A stretch of DNA of 63,195 nt, the filler included, from Anaerolineae bacterium (GTDB lineage Bacteria > Chloroflexota > Anaerolineae > Epilineales > Epilineaceae): NCBI GenBank assembly GCA_029262755.1. It is 4 parts of 4 records of this genome, joined end to end, with 100 filler letters (N's around TTAATTAATTAA, not from the genome) between each part and the next. Parts side by side here need not be neighbours in the genome. Positions count along the whole stretch, not along the records: positions 46,337 to 59,464 come from JAJCYU010000046.1; positions 59,565 to 63,195 come from JAJCYU010000048.1; 2 more parts are not named here. One strand, given 5' to 3'. Numbering within the stretch: position 1 is the first letter of the stretch; each line of letters begins with the position of its first letter. Position numbers and translations under genes: made by a program. Below the pieces are notes generated by a model. It saw nothing but the letters and a program-made list of their open reading frames with translations, searched no databases and was not told where the DNA came from. Of the stretch, positions 50,721 through 59,738 are shown piece after piece.

Positions 50721-53700
50721 ATGAACGCAATCGATCCGGACTCCAGGGCCCTGCCCGCGGACCCGCCTACCCGACCTGAGGCCCGCGGTGAGCCGAGTCC
50801 GGAGGGCGGTACGGGCGCGTCCATCCCACGCACCCGCGAGCGAGCGTCGGCGATGCTGCGGTCGGTCTGGATCCGTTGGCGGGCCACCCTTGCGGTCACG
50901 CTGCTGCTGTTCGCGCTTCCGCTGGTGTTGCTTGCCCCGCAGACCCTCGGCGGGCGGTCTCCGATCCCCTACGACGCGCTCGTCTCAGATCCCGTGTACC
51001 GCGCCGACCTGCGCGCGGCCGGCGTCGAGCAGCCGCAGAACGAACTCGTAGCGGACTTGGTCTACCAAAACCTAGTCTGGAAGGAACTGCTCGTCGACAG
51101 CCTGTCGGACGGGGAGTGGCCGCTTTGGAACCCGTACATCTTGGGCGGCGTGCCGTTCTTGGCCGGCGGCCAGCACGGCCTCTTCGCACCCCAGACGTTG
51201 CTCTTCGCCTGGCTCGACACCGACCGAGCGTTCGGTTGGGGCGCCGTGCTGCTGCTGTGGTGGGCGGGGCTTGGCGCGTTCGCGTTGTCCCGCGCACTAC
51301 GGCTGGCGACACCGGCGGCCATCGTGGCCGCCGTCGCATGGTCGCTCTCGACCTTGTTCAGCACCAACGTCGTGTTTCCCATGATTCAAGGCGCGATGGC
51401 CTGGACACCGTGGCTCCTGGCGGGGATCTCGGCGGTGACCGACCTTCGGCCCGGGGCGCCGCCGCGCGGTTGGCTACCACGGGGTCGGGACGCCGCGCGC
51501 CTCGTCGGGACGGCGCTGGCCGCCGCGCTCGTGGCGTTGGCAGGACACGCGGAGATGCTGATCTACGCGGCGCTTGTCGCGAGCACGTGGGCGGCATGGC
51601 GCCTGTACGGGATCGGCCACGCGCAGGGACGTCGCGCGGCCGTGCACGTCGGCGTTTGGCTCGGCCTTGCTGCGCTGGCGGGCGCGCTCGTGTCCGCTGT
51701 TCAATGGCTGCCATTGCTCGAGCTGGCCCGTACGAGTTCGCGCGCCGGCGCGGTCTACGACGACGCTGTGCAACACGCCTTCGGCTTGCGCCAGCTCGCC
51801 ACGTTCTTCGTTCCGGACTTCTACGGCAACCCGGCCCACCACGCGGTGCCATTGCTGGAAGGCCGCCGATCCGCGGGGCTGGCCACGCATGCCATGTGGG
51901 GCACGGCCTGGGGCACGCGCAACTACGTCGAAGCGGCCGCCTATGTCGGCCTCCTGCCCTGGCTTCTTGCCGTCGTCGCATTGTTCGATCACAAGCGACG
52001 AACGACAGCCCGATTCTTTGCATTGGTAGCGGGGCTCTCCCTGGCTTTCGCCTTTGGGACGCCCCTATACCGGCTGGTGTTCGCAATTCCGGGCATCGAT
52101 CAACTCCGTTCGCCGTTTCGCTGGGTGTTCCCGTTTGTGCTGGCCATGGCGATCCTTTCCGCGCTTGGATTGGACGCTCTCCTGCAGCCGGATGCGCGCA
52201 GGGCCACGCGCGCCCAATGGGCGGCGCGCGCGGTGGGCCTCGGCGCGGTGGTGGGCGGGATCGGTGCTGGTTTCGCCTTGGCGCTCGCGTGGGTCGTTCC
52301 GGCGCGGTGGACGTCCTTGGTGGAACGCGCCGTAGGCGTGCTGCCCGACGCCCGCGCGCCCGTACTGGACACGTTTGGGTCGATGGCAGCGTTTGCAGCC
52401 TATCAATACTGGAACCTGCTCCACGCGGTCGTGTTTCTGACCCTGTCGGGAATCATTCTCTCCGCCCTGGCACGACCCGGGTTGCTCGGCTATCAGACGC
52501 GGCGCCTCGCCGCTGCCGCCGTGACCATCCTTGCATTGGACCTCTGGCTCATCGGCTTCGGCTTCAACCCGGCCGTGGATCCGGCCCTCGGGCAGATCGA
52601 GCCCGCGGCGGTGACCTTCCTCGCCGAGGCCTCGGAGCTCGAATGGGGTCGCGTCATCGGCTACGGCGACGCCAAGATTCTCTGGCCCAACACGGGCATG
52701 CGCGCCGGAATTCGCGACCTGCGCGGCTACGACTCGATCATTCCGTCCTGGATTGCCGAGACCCTGGATGCAATCAGCGAACAGGACGGATGGCTGCGCT
52801 TCAACCGGATCGGCAATCCTGTGACGCCCGACGCATTGACGCACCCGGCGCTCGCCGCGTTTGGAGGGCGCTACGTCGTCACACGCGAACGACTGGATGT
52901 GCCGGGACTCGACCTGATCCATGACGAGGACGTTCGCGTCTACGAGAACACGGCGGCGATGCCCCGTGCATGGGTTGTCACGAACGTGCGGGTGGTGGCG
53001 GACCGCACGTCGTTGCTCGAGGATCTGCGCACCTTGGAGCCGCGCGAAACGGTGTTGCTTGAGGAGGACCCGGATCTAAGCGTGTGGGATAGCTTGCGAC
53101 AAGGGCGGCAGGTATTCCAGCCATGGACGCGGGTCCGCTCGGAGAGCAGGAATGAGCTGGAGCTCGACGTGTTTGCTGGAGCGCCCGGAATGCTCGTGTT
53201 GTCGGAGAGCTGGTTCCCCGGCTGGCGGGCGTGGGTGACGCCGGCCGTTGCGGGTGGCCCGCGCGCCGTGGAAGTCCCGGTGTTCCGCGCGAACGGTGCC
53301 ATGCGGGCGGTTCCGGTGCCGGCCGGCCGCATGACGGTGCGGTTTCAGTACTTCCCGATGTCGGTGAAGATCGGGCTCTATGCCAGCTTCCTCGGCCTGA
53401 TCCTCTTGTTCCTAGCCGCGGTCTATGCGCTGTGGATGCGCTTCGTACGCATCGACGAAGACGATGCCGTGCAGCGGGTCGCGGTCAACAGCGTCGGCCC
53501 GATCGGCGCGGCGCTGTTGGGCAAGGTCCTGCTCTTCGTATTCGCGATGCTCTACTTGCGGGTGCTTGGGCCGGAGCAAGCCGGCAAGTACTACCTGGCC
53601 GTCACCGTCTACACCCTGGCCGATATCATCACGAACTTCGGCCTGAATCTGCTCGTCGCACGCGAAGTCGCGCGGCGGCCGGCGGATGCCGCGGCGTTGC

Positions 53701-54920
53701 TCGCAAGCAGCACCGCGCTGCGCCTCTTGTTGTGGTTGGTCGCGCTGCCCGTGATCGCAGGCTACATCGCGCTGCAATCCGCGACCGGACATCCGCTCGA
53801 TGGGGATACCCGCGCGGCGATTGGGCTGTTGGCGCTGGCGCTCGTGCCGGCCAACCTCAACACGGCATTGTCGTCGATCTTCCAGGGCCTCGAGCGCATG
53901 GTGCTGCCCGCGGCGGTCTCGATCGTGAGCACCCTGTTCACGGTGTCGCTCGGCGCGCTGGCCTTGTTGGCCGGATGGGGCTTCGTGGGCCTGGCCGGTA
54001 TGGCCATCCTCACGAATTGGTTGACGTTCGCCATCCTGCTCACCCTGGTCCTACGCGCCGGGATCCGCCCGTGGGGCCGTGTGTCGCCGCGCATGATGCG
54101 CTGGATGGCCGCGGCTTCGTTCCCGTTGATGCTCAACCACCTGCTGCAGGTCGTGTTCTTCAAGATCGACGTGCTGCTGCTCGAGCCGCTCAAGGGCAGC
54201 CTTGTCGTCGGTTGGTACCAGAGCGCATACAAGTGGGTGGAGGCATTGTTGATCCTGCCCGCCTACCTGACCATGGCCCTCTTTCCGTTGATGAGCCGCA
54301 AGGCCGAGAACGATCCCGAAGGCCTGCATCAGGCCATGTTCAACGTCATCCGCTGGCTGGTTGCGATCGCGCTGCCCGTCGCGGTCGTGACCACCTTCCT
54401 CGCGGATCCTTTGATCCGGCTGCTGGGCGGGGATGAGTACCTGCCGCAGGGCGCCCAGACCCTTCAGGTGATGATCTGGTTCCTACCGTTCTCGTACGTC
54501 AACGGGGTTGTCCAGTATGTGCTGATCGCGTTGGACAGGCAGCGTTGGATCACGCTTAGCTTTACGATCGCGGCCACGTTCAACATCGTCGCCAATTGGC
54601 TCGTGATCCCGACCTACGGCCATGTCGGTGCCGCCGCGGTGACCATCGTATCGGAGATCATCCTGATGGCCCCGTTCTTCTGGGGCTTGCGCGATCTGGG
54701 CGCACCGCCCTTGCTCGTTCTCGCCTGGCGGCCCTTGCTCGGTGCGAGCGCGATGGCGCTGATCCTGGCCGGCGCGGCCGACGCAGGCCTGCCGGGCGGC
54801 CCGGCAGCTCTCGCCTCGGTGATCGGCTATGTGATCGTGCTACGCGTACTCGGCTGGCTCTCGGACGAGGATCGTGCGGTACTGGACCGCCTCGTTCCCG
54901 GGCGAAGGCCTACCGGCTAG
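50721..54920 (+). CDS. YfhO-family (GT-C-like) membrane protein fused to a Wzx-like oligosaccharide flippase
   Basis: PLWNPYILGGVPF, GYDS and SESWFPGWRA (YfhO); from about 53470 LRVLGPEQAGKY, NFGL..LVAREVA and KIDVLLL...VGWYQSAYK (flippase). Confidence 0.82.
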   Translation: MNAIDPDSRALPADPPTRPEARGEPSPEGGTGASIPRTRERASAMLRSVWIRWRATLAVTLLLFALPLVLLAPQTLGGRSPIPYDALVSDPVYRADLRAAGVEQPQNELVADLVYQNLVWKELLVDSLSDGEWPLWNPYILGGVPFLAGGQHGLFAPQTLLFAWLDTDRAFGWGAVLLLWWAGLGAFALSRALRLATPAAIVAAVAWSLSTLFSTNVVFPMIQGAMAWTPWLLAGISAVTDLRPGAPPRGWLPRGRDAARLVGTALAAALVALAGHAEMLIYAALVASTWAAWRLYGIGHAQGRRAAVHVGVWLGLAALAGALVSAVQWLPLLELARTSSRAGAVYDDAVQHAFGLRQLATFFVPDFYGNPAHHAVPLLEGRRSAGLATHAMWGTAWGTRNYVEAAAYVGLLPWLLAVVALFDHKRRTTARFFALVAGLSLAFAFGTPLYRLVFAIPGIDQLRSPFRWVFPFVLAMAILSALGLDALLQPDARRATRAQWAARAVGLGAVVGGIGAGFALALAWVVPARWTSLVERAVGVLPDARAPVLDTFGSMAAFAAYQYWNLLHAVVFLTLSGIILSALARPGLLGYQTRRLAAAAVTILALDLWLIGFGFNPAVDPALGQIEPAAVTFLAEASELEWGRVIGYGDAKILWPNTGMRAGIRDLRGYDSIIPSWIAETLDAISEQDGWLRFNRIGNPVTPDALTHPALAAFGGRYVVTRERLDVPGLDLIHDEDVRVYENTAAMPRAWVVTNVRVVADRTSLLEDLRTLEPRETVLLEEDPDLSVWDSLRQGRQVFQPWTRVRSESRNELELDVFAGAPGMLVLSESWFPGWRAWVTPAVAGGPRAVEVPVFRANGAMRAVPVPAGRMTVRFQYFPMSVKIGLYASFLGLILLFLAAVYALWMRFVRIDEDDAVQRVAVNSVGPIGAALLGKVLLFVFAMLYLRVLGPEQAGKYYLAVTVYTLADIITNFGLNLLVAREVARRPADAAALLASSTALRLLLWLVALPVIAGYIALQSATGHPLDGDTRAAIGLLALALVPANLNTALSSIFQGLERMVLPAAVSIVSTLFTVSLGALALLAGWGFVGLAGMAILTNWLTFAILLTLVLRAGIRPWGRVSPRMMRWMAAASFPLMLNHLLQVVFFKIDVLLLEPLKGSLVVGWYQSAYKWVEALLILPAYLTMALFPLMSRKAENDPEGLHQAMFNVIRWLVAIALPVAVVTTFLADPLIRLLGGDEYLPQGAQTLQVMIWFLPFSYVNGVVQYVLIALDRQRWITLSFTIAATFNIVANWLVIPTYGHVGAAAVTIVSEIILMAPFFWGLRDLGAPPLLVLAWRPLLGASAMALILAGAADAGLPGGPAALASVIGYVIVLRVLGWLSDEDRAVLDRLVPGRRPTG

Positions 54921-54929
54921 GGCGCGTCG

Positions 54930-55454
54930 CTAGCCCTCCAACGCGTCCGTGCACTGTTCCCGAAACCCGCAACCGGCGCAGCGCCGCGGATCGTCGTGGC
55001 TCCTGCGGACGACGCGCGACGACCGGTCGGCCCGTACCTGAGCAATGGCCGCGAGCAGATCGCGGCGCCGCGCGCGCGTCCATGGCACCGTCCATCGCGC
55101 GCCGGCATACGCCAGCACGCCAAACGGCGGTGGGTTACCGGTCTCGGCCTCGACGAGCAAGCCGTAGGCGGACAGCTGCCGCAGATCGCCGAGGTATGGC
55201 GCCGCGGCCCGCCGATTCGGCTTGACCTCGACGGGTACCAGCCTTCCGCGCTTGCCGAGCAGATAGTCAGGACGGCCGACGAGCCCGTGTTGGGGAGCAC
55301 GCAAGGTGCGGGCCGGATGAACGGCGTCCGCATCGTCCGATTCGCGAAGCCGAAGGCCCGCGTGCAGCACATCGGAGGCAAGATGGCGCGCACGGATGCG
55401 AAGCGACGCCGCCAGGCCCAGCAGCAGAAGGCCGACCAGCAGCGGTGCACTCAC
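54930..55454 (-). CDS. Cas4-like PD-(D/E)xK nuclease, C-terminal half with N-terminal TM helix
   Basis: GLVGRPDY...PVEVK, QLSAY and CAGCGFREQC motifs; GTG 55454 overlaps the upstream TGA. Confidence 0.8.
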   Translation of the reverse strand: MSAPLLVGLLLLGLAASLRIRARHLASDVLHAGLRLRESDDADAVHPARTLRAPQHGLVGRPDYLLGKRGRLVPVEVKPNRRAAAPYLGDLRQLSAYGLLVEAETGNPPPFGVLAYAGARWTVPWTRARRRDLLAAIAQVRADRSSRVVRRSHDDPRRCAGCGFREQCTDALEG

Positions 55455-55720
55455 CCAGCGACAGCCGCGAACATCGACCAGACTCCGTATAGGACAAGCA
55501 CCGTACCGATCCATGCAAGCCAACGGCTCCATCCGGCGGCATGCAGTCCGCGCTCCACGCGCCGTGCATGCTGTTGATGGGCCTCTCGGCCCTGCTGCAG
55601 ACGCGCGCCGCCCGCGGAGGGTTGCAAGCCCTCGACATGGCGCAGCCACCAAGCGCGTCGACAAAACGCGTGCTCGCCGAGCTCGCTTGCGCGTACGATG
55701 GGACGGACGGGCGGGTCGAT
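55451..55720 (-). CDS. Cas4-like N-terminal half with C-terminal TM helix (not in ORF track; apparent ATC start)
   Basis: Hand translation: (I)DPPVRPIVRASELGEHAFCRRAWWLRHVEGLQPSAGGARLQQGREAHQQHARRV...WLAWIGTVLVLYGVWSMFAAVAG*; GGGAG SD 6 nt before ATC. Confidence 0.75.
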   Translation of the reverse strand: MDPPVRPIVRASELGEHAFCRRAWWLRHVEGLQPSAGGARLQQGREAHQQHARRVERGLHAAGWSRWLAWIGTVLVLYGVWSMFAAVAG

Positions 55721-55753
55721 AGGCGTCTCCCGAAAGCCGAAAACGATGGGCAG

Positions 55754-55782
55754 AGGCTAGCTAGAACATGCGTTCGCGTCAA
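55754..55782 (-). promoter_or_regulatory. Sigma70 promoter with a LexA box in its spacer, facing the split Cas4 pair
   Basis: TTGACG-CGAACGCATGTTCTAGC-TAGCCT; GAAC-N4-GTTC box at 55763-55776. Confidence 0.78.
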
Positions 55783-55793
55783 GAAGTGATTCG

Positions 55794-55822
55794 TTGACCG
55801 GGCTCGGGCTGCCCACTACCAT
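55794..55822 (+). promoter_or_regulatory. Sigma70 promoter for the Rdx selenoprotein gene
   Basis: TTGACC-17-TACCAT. Confidence 0.6.
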
Positions 55823-55882
55823 CCGCAACAGATGCGTCTTCCGGAATTGCGGCGCACTCGAATCGCCAGGAGGATAGTCGCT

Positions 55883-56122
55883 ATGAAGGTCAAGGTTACC
55901 TACTGCAGTCAGTGAAACTACGCACCACGATCCGCCAGTCTGGCGGAAGCGGTGTTGGGAGAGTTTGGGACGGACATCACGTCCTGGACGCTCGTGCCGA
56001 GCAGCGGCGGTGTACACGAGGTGGAGGTGGACGGCACGCTCGTGTTTTCGAAGAAGGAGACCGGTCGCCATCCCACCGCGGCGGAGATCATCGAAGCGAT
56101 CAAGGAACGAAGCGCAGCGTAG
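55883..56122 (+). CDS. SelT/SelW/SelH (Rdx) family selenoprotein (not in ORF track)
   Basis: MKVKVTYCSQ-U(TGA 55913-55915)-NYAPRSASLA...PSSGGVHEVEVDGTLVFSKKETGRHP; AGGAGG RBS; SECIS-like hairpin at 55922-55955. Confidence 0.9.
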
Positions 56123-56270
56123 CTCTCGGTTGCGATCGTCGGTCGATACTTGGGAGTTTGGTCACCACGGGGGGGTGCGGGTTGACTCGCGATTTCGTCC
56201 CTGTTTGGTTGCACCCCCGCAGCTTCGAGCCATGGGCTGATCGGGCCTCAGGGAGCCTCAGGGAGCAATC

Positions 56271-57557
56271 GTGAACGACGCCGTCGAGCAGATCTTGCAA
56301 AGCGCCCGTGAACAGGCCGGCAACGATACGGCGGACCTCATCCTGGCGCTGGACCAGCTGGCGGAGCAGGCGCCCGACCAGGTCGACGTCTACTTGGCGC
56401 GGGGCATGTTCTATCGCCAACGTTCTGCGTGGAATCTCGCGTGCGACGAGTTCGGCTACGCCGCCGAACTCGCGCCGGAGGACGCACGCGCGTGGCGTGC
56501 CCTCGGCGATTGCGAGTTCGCTCGGGGCGCGTGGGAGGCGGCGGCCGAAGCCCTGTCCGAGGCCGCCTCGCTCGTGGACGGACATTCGGAACAATGGGCG
56601 CGCGTGGGAGACTGTTGGCTGGCCCTGGACGAACCCGGTCGGGCGATCGCCGCCTTCGAAGAGGGTCTGGCCTTCGACGAGACATCCGGCCTGCTCTACC
56701 TGGGTCGGGCACGCGCCACGGTTTCGATGGATCTGCTCGAGGACGCGGAGGAGGACATCGCCCTCGCGCGCAGCAACGGCGCCGATCACGCGGATTGTGC
56801 GGAACTGTCTGCGCGAATCGCGTTGATCCGTGGCGAGATCGAGGCGGCCATCGCGCTGCTCGATCCGTTGATCGGAGACGCGCCGGACCGCGTGGAGGCA
56901 TTGCGCCTACGGGGCGACGCGCGTTGGGAGCTCGGCGAGATCTCGGACGCGCTTGCCGACTACGAACACTCGCTGAAGGTGGCGCCGGACGACCCGGATA
57001 CGCTCTTGGCGGTTGCTGAGTGCCACCTTGCTCTCGGCAATCTCGACGGCGCCGTTGCCGCGGCCGAGGCCGTGATCAAGGCCAGCCGGGCCGAGGATTC
57101 TGCGGGGCTGGAGTTGCTCGCACGTGCGCTGCAGGCCCGGGGCGATTGGGCGGCGGCGCGGTCTGCGCTAGAGAAGGGTCTACGCGTGGACGGCGCGGAT
57201 TCCGCGCCGCTGTACTTGCAGCGAGCGCGGCTCCACCTGGCTTCCGGCCGGCCAAACCTAGCGTGGCGCGACGCCCGGTGGGCCATCGAAGATGATGCGG
57301 AATATGCACCCGCCTACGTTCTTCGGGGACGGCTTGCGCTCGAGTTGGAGGGAGCGGCCGAGGCGCTCGCCGACCTCGATGCGGCCGTCGAGCTCGATCC
57401 GCTCTCCGGCTCCGCATGGGCGTGGCGCGGCCGCGCGAAGGAACTCGAAGGGGACATGAGCGAAGCGGAAGCCGATTGGGCCGAGGCCGAGGCCCTGCTC
57501 CCGGACCACGATCCGCTCCGCGACACGCTCAATGACTGGCGCCGCCGCGCAGGGTAG
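56271..57557 (+). CDS. Tetratricopeptide repeat protein
   Basis: Many roughly 34-aa Ala/Leu helical repeats (A..RG.A...LG...A..D...A..LDP). Confidence 0.85.
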   Translation: MNDAVEQILQSAREQAGNDTADLILALDQLAEQAPDQVDVYLARGMFYRQRSAWNLACDEFGYAAELAPEDARAWRALGDCEFARGAWEAAAEALSEAASLVDGHSEQWARVGDCWLALDEPGRAIAAFEEGLAFDETSGLLYLGRARATVSMDLLEDAEEDIALARSNGADHADCAELSARIALIRGEIEAAIALLDPLIGDAPDRVEALRLRGDARWELGEISDALADYEHSLKVAPDDPDTLLAVAECHLALGNLDGAVAAAEAVIKASRAEDSAGLELLARALQARGDWAAARSALEKGLRVDGADSAPLYLQRARLHLASGRPNLAWRDARWAIEDDAEYAPAYVLRGRLALELEGAAEALADLDAAVELDPLSGSAWAWRGRAKELEGDMSEAEADWAEAEALLPDHDPLRDTLNDWRRRAG

Positions 57558-57716
57558 TGCTTCCGAATTGGGAATTGGTCGCGGCCGAGCCCGTATCTGC
57601 CGGTTTCGGCCCCATGGCAGCGACCATCCGGTCGTCACGCGACGGCTGCGCTGCGCGTCCTCCATGAACGATACCAGCAACCCCCACGTGCCGTCGTCGT
57701 CGAAAGGCTTGTATTC

Positions 57717-59464
57717 ATGAATCCCCGCACCTACTGCCGCGGACTTGCGGCCAGCCTCATCGCGCTCTTCGTGTTTCTGTCGGGTGATACCCGTACCGAC
57801 GCACAGGCGCCGTTCGGCCTCACTGTTCGCCTTGCCGCCACCGCGCAAGACGCTACGCAGGCGGCAGGCGTCGACGTTCGCATGGCTTCACCATGGATCC
57901 GGTGGACGACCCTGCCGGAAATCGCCGTGACCGCGGAGCTGTGGCGCGGAGGCGAACGCGTCGCCACGACCACATCGGAGTCCGACGGCACGGGAAACGT
58001 CGTGCTCGGCCTCTTCGGGCCGATGGGGCCGGCGCGTGTGCAGGGCGGCGACGAGCTGCTCGTTCGTGCCGGCGAGGGCGAGGTCGAGCTGCGGCTTACG
58101 GCGCCGGATCTTGTGGCCGATGTCGACGTGCTTCGCGGCCGCGTCGTGGGTCGCGCTCCGGCCGACTCCTCGCTGACGCTCGCGCTCTGGCGCGCAGGCG
58201 CTCTCGTTTCCGAAGACCCTGTGCTAACCCGCACGTTGACCACGGACGGCAGCGGCCTGATCGATGTGGATCTCAGCAATGTCGGATTGCGTCCCGGAGA
58301 CGCCGGACACTTGATCGTCCGTGATGAGGACGGCCATCGCTTTGTCGCCGGGTTCACGGCTCTCGGCATTGAGGTTCAGCTCGGCAACACCTTCCTGACG
58401 GCCAGCGCGACGCAGGGCACCACCGTCACGTTGGCAATCGAACCCTCGCCCGATGGTGCCGCGCCGATCCAACGGCGCCTCGAAGCCGGCCTGCCCTTCG
58501 ACCAGGCCCCCGTGGCCAGCCGAGTTTCGATCGGCCTTCAACGGGGCGAGGGTGCGCCCAGCCCACTTGCTCCGGGCGATCGTCTGCGGGTTTCGCGCAC
58601 GGGTGGGTTGGTCACCTACGTCACGCAGAGGATCTCGTTACCCGCGATGGAAATCAATATCGTTTCGCGCGACGGCCATGTCCGCGGCACGGGACCCGTG
58701 AGCAGCAGCCTCGAGCTCGTGCTGAACGGCCCGCTGGGCGAATTGGTGCGGTCGACGGTCGAGACGGACGCCACGGGGACCTTCGACACGGTGGTCGACG
58801 CGGAACCGGGGCCCGGATGGCAAGCGACATTGCTGTGGGAGCAGGGGATCTTTCGTGTCCTTCGCTTCGGGGTCGTTCCTCAAGTCCAGGTGCGCGTGCA
58901 CACGTCGTCCGTGCGCGGGCTGAACCGTCCGCAAGCGCCTGTGAGCGCCACGTTGCATAGCGGAGGCAGCCATATCGGCACGTGGTCCACCGTGGCGGAT
59001 AGCCAGGGACGTTGGCAGCTCCAGTTGCGGGATGAGAGCGGCCAAGGTGTCGGCGACGAGCCGGGGCCGGCACATCGCGTGCGCCCGGGTGATGTACTCG
59101 AGATCGACCTCGCCGGCGGCGACCCGATCAACTTGGTCGTCCCACCGATGTCCGCCCGAAGTGATGCGGACGCGGAGACCGTCTCCGGAGCAGTGCCCCC
59201 GGGAACCCGATTGCAGCTCACGATCGACGGTGGATTAGACGGTACGCCGGGAAGCGAGCTCGAGCCGGTTCAAAATCCCGGCGGCCCCGCGCTCGTCGTG
59301 AAGCTCGATGCGGGAACGGACGGGCGCTACGTTGCGGATCTGGGCGCGCAGAGCGGCCCGGACGGGCAGCCCATCGATCTGGAACCACCCATGTTCGGCT
59401 CGCTCGTGATCACGCGCGACGACGGGCACCAATTCCTCTTGCGTTGGGCGCCGCTCTCGGTTCA
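57717..59464 (+). CDS. Large secreted beta-rich repeat protein (cut at contig end)
   Basis: Signal peptide; recurring V.G.AP...(T/A)D..G.(F/W/Y)...L.PGD units. Confidence 0.6.
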
Positions 59465-59564
59465 NNNNNNNNNNNNNNNNNNNNNNNNNNNNNNNNNNNN
59501 NNNNNNNNTTAATTAATTAANNNNNNNNNNNNNNNNNNNNNNNNNNNNNNNNNNNNNNNNNNNN
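59465..59564. other. Artificial contig linker
   Basis: N-run + TTAATTAATTAA + N-run. Confidence 0.98.
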
Positions 59565-59738
59565 ACTTCTTCGCCGAGGCGTTCGCCTCGCACGCGGAGT
59601 TGGCGTGCATGCCGGTGGCCGGCGGTCCGGGTCAGACGCACGAGGTCATCGACGACGGCGCGCGCTGCAACACCGACCCCAGTCTTTTCAACGACGATTC
59701 CGCACGGCTCCTTCGGCCGCGCCGAGAGCCGCCCATGC

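Noticed and set aside
51241..52924. Long alternative-frame and antisense ORFs in the GC-rich contigs (e.g. 50876-52924, 42575-44050, 39976-41256)
   Set aside because: Arg/Gly/Ala-rich shadow ORFs overlapping clear genes, as expected at high GC
54930..55720. CRISPR-Cas locus suggested by the Cas4-like genes
   Set aside because: No repeat-spacer array and no other cas genes seen anywhere in the window
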